The notes beneath the pieces were generated by a model. The model was not told where the DNA came from. It did no database searches and saw only the letters and a program-made list of their open reading frames with translations. Positions 33,214-45,596 of a stretch of 62,674 nucleotides of DNA are shown piece after piece; within the stretch, counting starts at the first letter, position 1, and each line of letters starts with the position of its first letter. The position numbers were made by a program, and so were the translations under genes. This stretch comes from Pelomyxa schiedti (Eukaryota; Protista; Evosea): the NCBI GenBank assembly GCA_020536535.1, contig JAHLWZ010000878.1, forward strand, positions 1 to 62,674, given 5' to 3'.

Positions 33214-33380
33214 TTCGGTCAAACGATGTTGGTGGTGCTACAACAGAACAACACTTGGTCGTAAGGCTTTTTAAAAAATTTTTCGTTCTCTATCTACGAG
33301 TTAAAAGTTTGATTTGTTACGGGAAGATGTGGTACAATGGAGCTCGTGTAGCCAAAAAGATAGTGAATAGGGTTTATTGT

Positions 33381-36300
33381 TTATGAGTTCCATTTGGAGA
33401 GGTCCAATTTCATGTTGCGGGGTGCTGCTTGTGGTGTTTGTTGTGTTGTTGCTTGTGATGTGGTTGTGGTGGTGCTGGGTGCGTTTGTTTCCTCTACACT
33501 TTGGCGCAGGCGGGTTTCTACAAGAGATTTCTCCTCCAGGGCCAAAGAATCTACGAATTGCTTGAACTCTATGGCACAAGTACTTGCCAAATGCAGCACC
33601 ACCTGCAGGGTAAAAAGTGGGTAAGTAAAGGGGTTTGATACTGCAGGTGTTGTTTTTTGTTACCTGCAGAGCGGTGCTGTGAATGGCCCGGATGTTACTG
33701 GAGGGCTTGGATGTGGGCTTAAGCAACCAGAACAACGCGGGCAGAACAATTCGCAGCATAATTACCTTTGAGAATTCAATGAGTTAAAAGAAACAGCTGT
33801 TTTATGGGTTATCTACCTTCTGATTCTGATCTGCTAATGTGTGCACCAGGACCAGAATTTTAATTGCTTCTGTGAGGTGCTCCAGTTGGTGACTCGAGTA
33901 GTCTTGCTGTGATTGCAAGGAGTATTTGTTGATAAGTGCTATGACTTCCGGCAGAATACATCGAGTGTATTGGAGCGCCAGAGTTTTGGCTGTTGCCGCT
34001 CCAGCAATTGAAGACTAAAAGAAAAAATTAAGAAGGAAGTACATGAAAAGCGAAAAACTTTGAGCAGTGACTGCACGCATTGCAGCGCCGTGAGTGTCAG
34101 AGATGGTGCCCCAGATGTCATTGCTGTTTTAATAGCAGTACAACAGGCAGAGTGAATTTCAGAATTCGGATTGCGATGCTTCAGAAGACCAAACAGTGAA
34201 ACCTGATTGCACATATTAAAAACCACCTTAGAAAAGGAGCACTGTTACGAGAGCTGTAAAGCAAGCACTTCCAATGGGCGATTCCAGAGGTGTAGACTCT
34301 TGGGGCAAAATTGTATTGAGAATTGTGCCCATTGCTCGTTGTAGAATATCTTTTAAAGTGAGTTATCCAAAATTGATGATGTGTCTGTATTACCTTCCCA
34401 GTTTGTGTAATTATCTTCCACCTCAAAGACTGGCGGTGTGGCAGTAATACGCAAAGACTGAATGGCAGCACTAACCACTTTGGGGGTGGTTGTGGGGGCT
34501 TTGAGAATACTTAAAAAGAGCATAAGAAGAGATGGCAAATAATTCATCCTGACGCGAGGAGGCATGAGTCTTTGCGCTAATGTGGCAATTGTATCCAGAG
34601 AAACACAACAAAGCTGTTGAACTAGAGCCGTCTCTTGTGTACTGTTACCCAAGCCAGTTTTGTTATTGCAAAGGGTGTGAATTGGTGATAAGGAAAGCTG
34701 CAGAATTTGGTGGAAGGTAAAGTACAGTTGTGATGATTGTGTGGAAGAGTTACCCCCATCGATACTTGGCTGTTCTTCGTCAGCACATTTCTCTAACTCG
34801 GAGAAATACGTGGAAGGAAGGACTGAAGCAAGATGCTGCAATAGCAGTGCCGCCGGCTCATGAGTGGAAACGTTTCCGTCTTCAATGTGCCTTCTGCAGC
34901 ACAACAAGAGTTCCAACAGTAAACCCTCATTGAAAAGAGGGCCTTCAGAGTCTGCAACGGAGCCGGGGGTGGAAAGAGCGCTGGTCTCGGTCTCATTCCT
35001 TTCCTTATTGGCAGTCTTGGGATCAAAGCACACGATTTGCTGGCAAAGCAAATCCCGCATGGAATGAAGCGCGTGGATGACCGAGTTAGGGTCTCTCAGG
35101 TCTCGTAATACAGGGACAGCTAGCCCCAGCATTACGTTGAACGCGTCGAGCTCAGATTTATTCCCCCCGACAACCAGCAAGTGCCTCGTGCCAACCAGAG
35201 ATGCCAGTGCTCGCAGCACATACACCCAAGCAGTGGAGTAATACTGTTTAACTTCCAGTGCGCTCTGGAACGTGAAAAACACACCACTGTATACAAGGAG
35301 TACAGCAGGTGGTTGCGTGGCTAGAACTGCATGATCGCGTAATATGTCTTGCCACAACAGAGAGAGTGAAGGAAGAAGTGGTTCAATCATCTCGGTTATT
35401 GTTGTGGCTATGCCACTTTGAACGTGTCCAATTCTTCCGCTGCCAAGGAGATGCAAATGAGCCACTGCAGACAACACTTCCAGTTGCACCATTGTTGCTG
35501 CCCTTTCACTGTACATGGGGTAGCTCAACGTGCGTATCGAATCAACGTAACCAATAACAAGAGAGAGCAAGCGGCGAACGTCGGCTGGATCAGAGCACAC
35601 CCCTGCTATCACAAATCCCACCAAAACCTGGCAAGCTGCAGCAGTAGCAGAAGGAGGTGCGTCTGGAGTAAAGGCTCGATGCAAACCGGAAGTAAACTGA
35701 ACTTGATGGAGTTCGAGTAGAGAGTGATCTTCTAGCTGTGGGTCACGGGCATTGGCGAAGTTCTTGACCACGTCTAGCATGAGCTTAACACCTGCTGGCC
35801 TCAGGGGTTCTGTTTGACTTGTGGCCGCAAAGAACACCACTTTGACTAAATCTGGAAGACCGAAAACGAGCCACATATTTTGCTGCTGTGTTGATGATGT
35901 GGTTGAAGTACTGGCGGTTCCCGAGTTTGGTTGATTAGATTCACAATTGGATGCTTTAGCCTGTGCAAGAATGAGATCGAAATGTGGTTCGTAATTTGGT
36001 AGAGCACGGGTGGTTGAAATGAGTTTGCACAGCAATTCTATTGCAAATACTTTAGTTCTCCACCTTGGTACAAGTTCGTTTTGGGGACCAGTGAGATCTT
36101 TGATATCGTCTTCTGTCATGATGCTCTGAGGTTGAACAGATTCTGGTTCTGGTTCATCTTCATCTTCACCGGTTTCTTCATGCACTTTCTTCACTTGTGC
36201 AACTTGACCTTTACTTGTGGAGTGTGTAGTGAGAACGATGTCTTTAAGCATATAGAGCCATTGTGCTGGAGCAGAGGGGGAAAGTACTTCAATCATAGTG

Positions 36301-39300
36301 CTCAGAACGAGTTCTCCTTCCGCAAGTAATTTTCTGTCACTCTCATAATCGAGCATGGAGAACAGTTGCTTGGCAAGTGATATCCCCGGAACCCCAAGAT
36401 CCCAATTACCGCTTGCTTGTATGAGTTGTCTGAAGCAAGTGACTGTCGCCTGGCGAACAACAAGGAAAGGGCTCACCAATTGTTGGTGCAGAAAAGGAGT
36501 AAAGGTTGATGGAATGACAGCTTGTCGGGCAAAGAGTATAAGCCTTTGGTAGAACCTTATCGATTCCAGCTGAACAAGAGGATGATGAAATGATTTCACT
36601 TCAGCAAGAATTGCAGTACAAGCACGGAAGATGCTGCTTTCTGGTTGTAGATCTGGACCCACAGACCCAACAATAGCATTCATTACACGACCCACAGAGC
36701 GAATAGAGGCCATTCCAGATGTGTGGGCTGGGGATGAAAACATGTGTTTTAGAACAGAAAGAGTTTGCTCTGCAGGATAGGACGGCCCTGCAGCCTCTAT
36801 TGCCAGACATAATGAATGAAGTGCCCAAGTGTGAACCAACACCACAGGGCTCTGAGCCAAAGCGTGCAGAAGTGGAACAAGAAGAGGCAAGTGTTGAGAG
36901 GCTCGCATGCCCCCTACATATCGAAGAACACACCCAATAGCAAAGCTGCAGCCTGCTTTAAGTGGATCTTCTTTTGTTTCCTTAATAGTTTGGAAGAGCG
37001 ATTGAACCATCGTGGCAGTAAACTGATCTCCTGCAAGTCTGCAAACTATGCCAATTACTTCTGCACTTCCTCTACGAACCGCAGGGTCCAAGTGGCCAAT
37101 TAATGTTCTTGCACAGTTCACAATAAGAGTAATGGACTCAGCACGGGCATGGACTCGCTTTTCGTCGATAGTGCGGCACACAGCAAGCAATGCTGCGATA
37201 GCATTAAACTGGGCTCCACCCTGCGCTCCAGGGGTTATATTGCGAGCAATGGCATCTATTCTCAACAGTAATTTATGCAAGTCCACCCCTTGGCACATAG
37301 CAATTTGTTGAATGAGCTTAATTGCCGCATCAGCAACTTGCAGGGAAAGGGGGAGTGGTTGATTCAGAGCCAAATCTCGACTTGCATTCCACAACGCAGG
37401 AGCATCCGATATTTCATTTGAGAACATCCCGTTTAATTCAGTAAGATTTTCGTCACTTTCGGGCCAAGGGCCCAGAGCGGAATCATCGCTGCGAAGAAGT
37501 CTTTGCAGCATCGAACAGGGCAACCCGTCATTAAGGCTGTACACTATCAGTTTGGTGGATGATGCTTCACACACACTATGGAGTTTTTGAGTGGACGAAG
37601 CAGCTAGAGACCGCATTACATTTAGCATAAGAAGTAGCACATAGTCTGAGGAAGCAGGAATCAGAGACGCAGCTACATTTACAGTCTCAACAATTGGTTG
37701 ATGTAATAGGGAAAGTGTGTGCTCAACTGTCAACTCGGGGCAAGTTTCTTCGATTGCTGTAAGAGCCCACAGAGATCCTAATTTAGCTTGCACATAAGCT
37801 GGTTGGTCAACTTGGGACTGTGGAGCAACTGGAGCACCTCCAAGTGACGCTGCAATGGAAGATGCTGTTTGAGCAGAGAATTGTTTAGAGTAGAAACTCC
37901 CGAGAGAAGACACCAGTGATGCCAATATACGCCATGAGGCTTCACACTGTGCCTCTGCAACACGCTGATCTGAATGGCTCGCCTCCCGTAGCTGCTGAGT
38001 AAGATCAAGGGCTGCCCTCACTATGGCATCAGGAATGCCCAAACTGGATGCAACAGGAACTTCTGCAAGTAGGGCGGATATAGCAGCGGCATACCCACGT
38101 ATAGTTGCAGCATATTGTGGTAGCTCCGAGGTATTTGTAGTTGGAGCCTTAAGTTGGCTGGTGTGCTCAATAGTGGAACGAAGAAGAGAGGCTAGCTGTG
38201 ATGGAAGTGCATGTCCAAGGGCCCGTAAACAGCAAGCAGCTTGCGTGCGCACGGTGGCATACGAACTTGCCAGTAGACTGCATATGGGCTCTGATAACCA
38301 TTCCACCATGTCAGCCCCACTTTCACCAACTTGGAGAATCACACCACTCAATACACGCAACAGTGCTAATTGGGCTAGTTCTTGTGCTTCTTTTTCTCTC
38401 GTCAACTCTTTGGAGAGTATTCTTACCATCTTTAACTGTTGTACTTCCCTTAGACAATCCGCAAACGACGACAATGCAAAGGAAACACATGCACAAGCTT
38501 GAAGGGCTTCACTTGAAGTGGGAAAAGCTGATTTATTGCGCACAAGCTTCACCAGAGATGAAACAATGAGGTCCATATTTGGGTCAATTTCTGCACTTGT
38601 GAGTTCTTTGGCCATCTTGGTAAATCTGGAACTGTTTAAGGAAAACCTTCAAATTCAAATGTACATACACAGAAATAGCCGCAGTTCTCACCTCCTTCTT
38701 TGTTGCCTTGAGGAAAATACCAGAGAGTACTGTCAGAGCCATTGTTAGTGATTCTCTAGGAGTACTTGGTAATCCTGGATTTTTGGGTGGTTCCCGTGGA
38801 TTTTTTGATGTGGCAACAACCTAGATTTTGTTTAAAATGACAAAATATTGGGGGTGGAAAGAAATACCGGCTTTTGGGGATTTTTTAGGAGTATACTTGC
38901 AGCCAAGGCTCCTTCTTCTCGAACTACATCCATTGTATCTTCCATCAATTTACTGCACATTAAAAGTCGGGTTTCATATGTCGGATAATCACATGGTATT
39001 TTACATAAATTTGCAAGACACTGATGCCAACTTGTGAGCTTCGTGCAGTTAACATTTTAAGTCAAACCTGTGCTGCACGTAGTCGTACATCAGGGGATTT
39101 GTCTTGAATAATTTTCTTCAGTGTTTTTAGTACGTCACTGACCAACTGAGATACATTCATGCCACAACCCTATTTTCCTTTGAGTTTCTAAGTTGGCCAT
39201 TTGTGAAGTGAGTACTTGTAGTACACCACTCAGTGCAACAAGTGCGGCCTCCTTAACAGATGCATCTTGAGCTTTCAAGTGTTTAGAGATTTGGGCATCC

Positions 39301-39848
39301 AGTTCGGTAACAGTTGGTATCAACTAGTGCATGGTGACCTCCCATCAATCGCGGTAAACAGTAACTTACCTCACAACCCTTGCTACAGAACAGTTGACCA
39401 ATAATTTCAAATGCGGCGATTTTGGAGTGAGGAGGACCCCTTCCCGCAAGTACAACAGAGGTCAAGTGCCTCACCACTTTTCCACACAGCCCTCCTTCCC
39501 TTGTCTTCTCAGCCAACGTCACAATAATATGAGATACCACTCTATGGGAGGTACGTTAAAAAGTGAGGTAGAAACAGGGCAAGTCACAAAGTATACGGGG
39601 AGAAAAAAAAAAACAAAAACAAAAAATCAATAGCCAACCAAAAACACCAAAATGGTAAATAGGGACCACGACAGTAGAGCCGAACGCACTTGCAATGAGG
39701 TGGAGACAGTGGTTGCATGACGCATGCCATGAGCAACTGCACCAGCTCCCCACTCCCCGCCTTCAGCTGGGCCGTGCTGGGCACCGTGGTCGCCGACCCC
39801 GACCCCGACCCGCTCACTCGCGCCGACCCACCGCCTCCGCTCCCCGGG

Positions 39849-39911
<63 letters not shown>

Positions 39912-40404
39912 GTCGTGATAGCCGCCGTGCTGGTCGGCTGGGGCGGCCGCTGGGGCGCAGGGGACGCGGGGGTAGCAGGGAGTGACGGTGAGGGCGTGGG
40001 CGTGGGCGATGGCGATGGCGATGGCGAGGGTGAGGGCGCCGGGGGGTCGTTGGTGGCCGAGGATATGGCGGCGTCGATGTCCCTGAGGGCGTCGAATTTG
40101 CATACGCCCGCGGCGCCGCCGGGGAGCAGGGNNNNNNNNNNNNNNNNNNNNNNNNNNNNNNNNNNNNNNNNNNNNNNNNNNNNNNNNNNNNNNNNNNNNN
40201 NNNNNNNNNNNNNNNNNNNNNNNNNNNNNNNGGCGATGGCGATGGCGAGGGTGAGGGCGCCGGGGGGTCGTTGGTGGCCGAGGATATGGCGGCGTCGATG
40301 TCCCTGAGGGCGTCGAATTTGCATACGCCCGCGGCGCCGCCGGGGAGCAGGGCGGCCTTGGGCGACTCCTCGACGGCTCGGCGGAGCGCAGCTACGCACT
40401 CCAT
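33381..40404 (-). CDS. HEATR5: HEAT repeat-containing protein 5 (Laa1/SWEETIE family, AP-1 accessory)
   Basis: LLRSDDSALGPW, GCVLRYVGGM, VHTWALHSL, PRWRTKVFA, DLVKVVFFAAT, DPQLEDHSLLELHQVQFTSGL; large exon 34353-38615; spans an assembly gap. Confidence 0.9.
39849..39910. repeat. (GTGCTC)n microsatellite encoding a Ser-Thr repeat in HEATR5 exon 1
   Basis: About 10 perfect hexamer units. Confidence 0.9.
40132..40231. other. Assembly gap (100 N) flanked by an identical 121-bp duplication
   Basis: 40011-40131 equals 40232-40352. Confidence 0.95.
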
Positions 40405-40664
40405 CGTCTTGTTGGCTGTGGCCGCCGTCTTCTTGCTGTTGATTCGATGTGTGGATGTTGTGTGATAAAAAGAAAGGATGGAAACAAAGAGAAAAAAAAA
40501 TCCCGAACAAACAGAAACTCCATCACCCCCCCCCCTCTCCCCCTTGTCGAAAGACTGCGAGACCATCTTTAGGAAGTTCCTCACCGTTACAATGGTGGTT
40601 ATCTCAATGACATCTGAGTTCTGAAAGGCAGGTTAGAAACAAGACTCCTATCTCCAAAGACGAA

Positions 40665-42642
40665 ATGTGGCTGCTGTTGGTTGTTTTCGTGATCGCGTTA
40701 TGTATTGCGGCGTTTGTTGTGCTGAGATTGCTGTTTCCTGTCATCAGTCTTCCAGTTCCATGTGGGCGGTATACGGTAGGAACTGGCTGTGCCTCGTGGT
40801 CAGAGTGGATTGAATATCCTGCACCTACTGCTGAGGCAGGCTCTTCTGATGTGACTAGGCTCCCTGAAGGAGGTTGGTTCTTTTGGGCTGTTTCCGTTTC
40901 GCTAACTTGCTATGCGGTCTCTTTGGGGTTATGGGATTCTCTCTTAATTCTTGATACTATCGACACGGAACAGCTGTTGTGCAGAACACCGAAATGGGGC
41001 GCATTGTGAGGGAGTTACGGCGAATTACTGTTAAGCTGTGGTTTCCAGTTGATGAAGACCCTCCCTGTGACTATCTTTTTTCGGTGTATAATCAGCCGGC
41101 ACCGTACCTCCCAGCTTCAATGCCCCAGTGGGAATCGACGCAGAGTTCTGAGCATACTGCCGCAACTGCCGATTCTCTTAATCATCATGCCATTCCGGTG
41201 CCTCCTTCGTTCTCTCCATTGAGTGAAATACTGCACGGTTTATTTTGGGGGAATCTACCTCGCCCTCTCAAGTGGTTACTGCAATGGTGCTGGCATTTCT
41301 CTATTGCACAATCTCCAGCGCATCAGGCAAATCGCACTCCAACTCTGTCTACTCGCTGGCTGAGTTCAAGTAGCAATGGCGGATGTGGATGTGGGTGGCC
41401 ATTGGTAATTTTCAGCCATGCACGTAAGCATACACCTGAATATAACACAGCTTTTTGCACTATGTTAGCCAGCCAAGGCTTTGTAGTTGTAGCTCCGTAC
41501 CATACACCCGGAGATAATAATCCGAACTACCCTGGTGTGGGCCTTTCTTCCCATTTACCCAACTCATTTCAAAAGGACCCGGCTTCTATAGGCTTTTAGA
41601 ACTACGGTGCGTGGCAAGAAAAATCCTACAGGCGACTGAGGAAGTGACGGCAGCTGTACTTGAACATGGTCTCCCCATTGTTTATGAGGAAGACGATGAT
41701 GACATGCTTCAATATGAGGAATATGGTACTTCTCTTGAAAGTACTTGTGAGTGTGCAGCTTCTCATCATTTTGACTACCTGGACTGTGTGCCGGCTACTC
41801 TGTTTGCTCACATAGATGTTTCCTCTGGGGTTATTCTGGCTGGCCACAGTCTGGGCAGCTCAATAGTACTGAAGTGCGTCGCTGGTGAATGGGACACTCC
41901 CCAACCACCACCCCGTGGTGCAGACAAAAAACGAAACACCGGAAATGGAGCCTCTTTTTCAATTAACGCAGCAGAAGAACGCATTCCTAAGATACGTTGT
42001 GCTGTATTACTGGATTACTGGCAATGGCAATCGGATTTCAATATGTCTTATCTTCGAACGAATCACCATCCACCATTATTTCTACTACAAAGTGGGCATG
42101 GGAACTGGCACGCTGCATTCAGTGAGACATTACTTGAAGCATTGAAGTCGTGCTTCCAAACCCCCAAGAAAGAAATACAAAGAACATTACGGTATCCAGA
42201 CACAAGTTCCAGTCTGGGAAAGGACACTGCCTCAGCCGAGAGAGCATCCTCGCCCAAAATACAACCCGAAGTGCTTGTGACAACCAACACTCCCCCAGGA
42301 CTACAGTCAGGCATTTTCATCGTAAGCCTCAAGGATGCAAGCCATCACACATTCACAGACCTCCCGTACTACGTGAGCCGGTACTGGTTCCCCAAGAAGC
42401 TTCTCCGCGAAGTTCCGGAAGCTACGGACTCGCCATTGCTTCTCGGCAGAGTGTGGTGGGGGAGGCAACGCCAATGCACAGAAGCTGCTACCAACCTAGC
42501 ATATGAATTCATACACCGCTGTCAGGAACTGTCACCTTCACGCAAGCTATTCTGGACCAGCTCTTGGGTCCATGATGCCCTTCAAGAGGACCACTATCTC
42601 GTGGAATCTGCCGAGTGCTTCTTTGCTGGAACTGCTGAGTGA
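40665..42642 (+). CDS. PAF-acetylhydrolase-like alpha/beta hydrolase with N-terminal membrane anchor
   Basis: LPVPCGRYTVG, VKLWFP, WPLVIFSH, LASQGFVVVAPYH, nucleophile motif AGHSLG, LLDYW, SHHTFTD. Confidence 0.85.
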
Positions 42643-42849
42643 AAACAACGGGAGAACCGCGAAATCGTTGGGGCTCCAACAAACCAGCAGTGTTCATCAA
42701 TTACCATCACATCAAATCAGTGATTTTTTTCGAGTGCTTTGGAAAAAAGAAAACAAGAAAAATTGGCAGGGTGATGAGCTGTTCCCTTTGCGAAAAGGTG
42801 TTACAAAGAACTATTCGACAAGTACTTGGGTTTTTTAACCTCTCATAAG

Positions 42850-45258
42850 TATGGCAACTTGAGCCTTCATGTTGCCGCCGGCCTCAATGAACACCTTGAT
42901 TGTGTTGCTAAGTTATTGGCTGGCGGTGGGAATACCGCCGGAAATTCCGTGAACTCTCCTGCTCAACAACCTTTGTGGGTGCGTGACCAGGTACAATCTT
43001 TGTTTTACAAATCGAACTCCTTTTCTATTGGCACTTTTCCTGAGGTTAACGTTTTCTTCCCTTTATTAATCTGGCCTGTCTCTTTGGTGTATCTTGATGA
43101 AGGACAATCAACTTGTAACAGTGTGTAGTACTTGAAGAGAAAATTGTTCTCTAACAATTTATAAGTTGGTTTGTGTTCTCAGTGATTTCATTCCCTTATT
43201 TTCTCACTTAAAAGTGGACTTGGTGCTCTTACAAAGGGTATATTCCTTTGGGGGGCGCATTCTTATTTGCCAACTAAATCTAAGTTGCACATAACAACCC
43301 CCAGTTGCTGAAGAAGTGAGTAAAGCTATGTTTACATGTTTTAGCTTATCTATCTAAAAAGGAGGTTGGAATGTCGATTCCCCTTGCATCAGACTCACGT
43401 AAATTATAAAGGTACCACTTCACTGTGCCGTCAGATTCAACAATCCCATTATTGCAAAGTTCCTTTTGGATTCAGGGTCCAAAATTGACAGCAAAGTACC
43501 TTAATTTGACACTGCACACTGGTATTTTTAATTCTAGTAACACCAGAGAAAAGATGGAAAGTCACCTTTGGATCTTGCTCGAGAATATGGAAAACCTGAG
43601 CTTGTTCATCTTTTGACCAGTTCAGGGGAACAGTCGGTTGAGCAGCACACACCACCTAAAGAAAATTGGACAATACCAGGTATTACCATGTTCCATCATT
43701 TGAAACTATATTATTCCAAAGAGTACTCCTTCGATATGAGTACATGGATTCTCCAATTAAGAGAGTCACTCAAAATATGCCTTCTGGCTTTTTCTACCAA
43801 GAAATCAGAGCAAGAAAATAAAGGACCCCAAACCCCAGGTATTGTCTCCTGCAGATGTTTTGTTTTTCTATTTGATTTTTGATGCCTTTAGCAGATGTTG
43901 TTGCCAGTATCATCAAGACTATAGGATCTTTCTCACGCGATAATATTCCAAGTCAACAAGTAGAAGTATGGCAAGGGGTTGTACTTGAAATGACATCAGC
44001 TTGGGATTCTGCCCGCAACATCGAAAAACAATGCTTGGAGGAGGAGGCATCTGCTACTGTGAAAGAGAAGGAAGCTCTTGAGTGCAGTAATATTGCCGAG
44101 AGAAAAGTGGAGGATCTCAGGAAACAACTTGAAGAAGCTGAAAGGCAACTCACTCAAGCACGTGAAACACTACAATCTGCAGGGTTGATTGCCACCACTT
44201 CTCATGCAAAAGCAGTTTCAGCTGCATCTATTGCCCGTTCTCTTGAGCAGGGTCTTGAATCTGCCAAAGATAATTTGCACAAGCCTTCCATTCAGATGGA
44301 TTCTCTTAATAGCCGCATATCTAAGAAATCTGTCCAAGGAATGTCAGTGCCTGACATCGGGACTCTTTTAATGGAGTCTGGATTTGGGAAAAGTATTTCA
44401 GAGTGCTTCGCCCGTATGCAGATAGATGGAGACGAACTCGAGCTACTCCTTTCTACCGGAAATATTGAGCAGACTGGGTGGCTAAATCAATCCAGACCCA
44501 CCTTAATGCCCGGAATATCACTCCCTGAAGGGGACCCACCTCTCACTGAACTCTCCTTGTTTCTGGATGCCAAAAAGCTCCTTCACATGCATAAAACAGT
44601 GCACCAACACGGGAAGCTTCCTAAGGTGTTTGTCCTGAAAGAGCCCCCAACCCCGGAACACCAAGAAACACCTGAAACACCGGAACCCAACCCGGCACCA
44701 ACATCTACCGTAACCGCAATAATCACAACAACAGCAACCACAGTCACCAGCGAGGAACCTCCACATTCACATCTACACAGCAGGAATTACTGCATAGATA
44801 GCTGGAGACCGAGGCAAGTGGAGCACTGGCTAGTATCACAGGGCATTGAGGAACAGACGGCACACGCGGCTACATGGAGAGGCATGATTCCCGGCTGGGC
44901 ATTCATCCACGTTACTGCTGCTGACTTGCTGCGATTTGGTGTGCCTAGAGCCCAGGATAGGAAAGTTCTGCGTGAGAAAATTGCCTTATTGAGCGACTTA
45001 TTCTGGAACTCCGGCCCTCAGCCTACAACACCCGCAATTTCGGCTTCGACTACTACAACAATCACCACTACAGCAGAATCGGATCCACTAGTTGATTCTG
45101 AACTAGAAAGACCGAAGGAAGAGGCACAGCGGCAAGTGGAATCATGGGAGCTACAGAGACAAAAGCAACCGCCTCCCATGAGCCAAGTTGACCTGCTAAT
45201 ATCCATCGTGGGGTCACCCATTGGCCCACCCCCGGATCTCACCATGACACTAAGTTAA
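42850..45258 (+). CDS. Ankyrin-repeat / coiled-coil / tandem SAM-like domain protein; 5' end unresolved or decayed
   Basis: LHVAAG..HLDCVAKLL, PLHCAVRFNNPIIAKFLL, GKSPLDLAREYGKPELVHLL; coiled coil; SAM-like MSVPDIGTLL..IDGDELELL and SWRPRQVEHWL..IPGWAFIHVTAADLLRFGV. Confidence 0.6.
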
Positions 45259-45596
45259 ATTTTCAAATATCTTAAAGATTTACTATAGGAGTTGAGTTCA
45301 GTCGTTCTCTCATAGTAAAAGCTAATAGCCATGCAAAATGATTGGGTATTATTTTATGAACAAGACACTACCCTCAGGTTCTGGGGCCTAATCACCACTT
45401 TTTTGTTTCTTCCCTTTCGACTTTTGGGGAGACAGAAAAACAAAGAGGAACCAGATCTCGTTGAACACGATCACTGCGAAACTTGGCACTGTACTGTACC
45501 ACCAACAACAGCCCATTCATAATCGTGCAGTGTTAGGTGGTCGTAACGGCAGTCAAAACTACGTGCGGTTCCGGATCTTGATCAGTTACGCATTGC

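Noticed and set aside
40011-40352. 121-bp direct repeat in HEATR5 exon 1
   Set aside because: The identical copies abut a 100-N gap; collapsing them restores one ORF, so this is an unmerged contig overlap.
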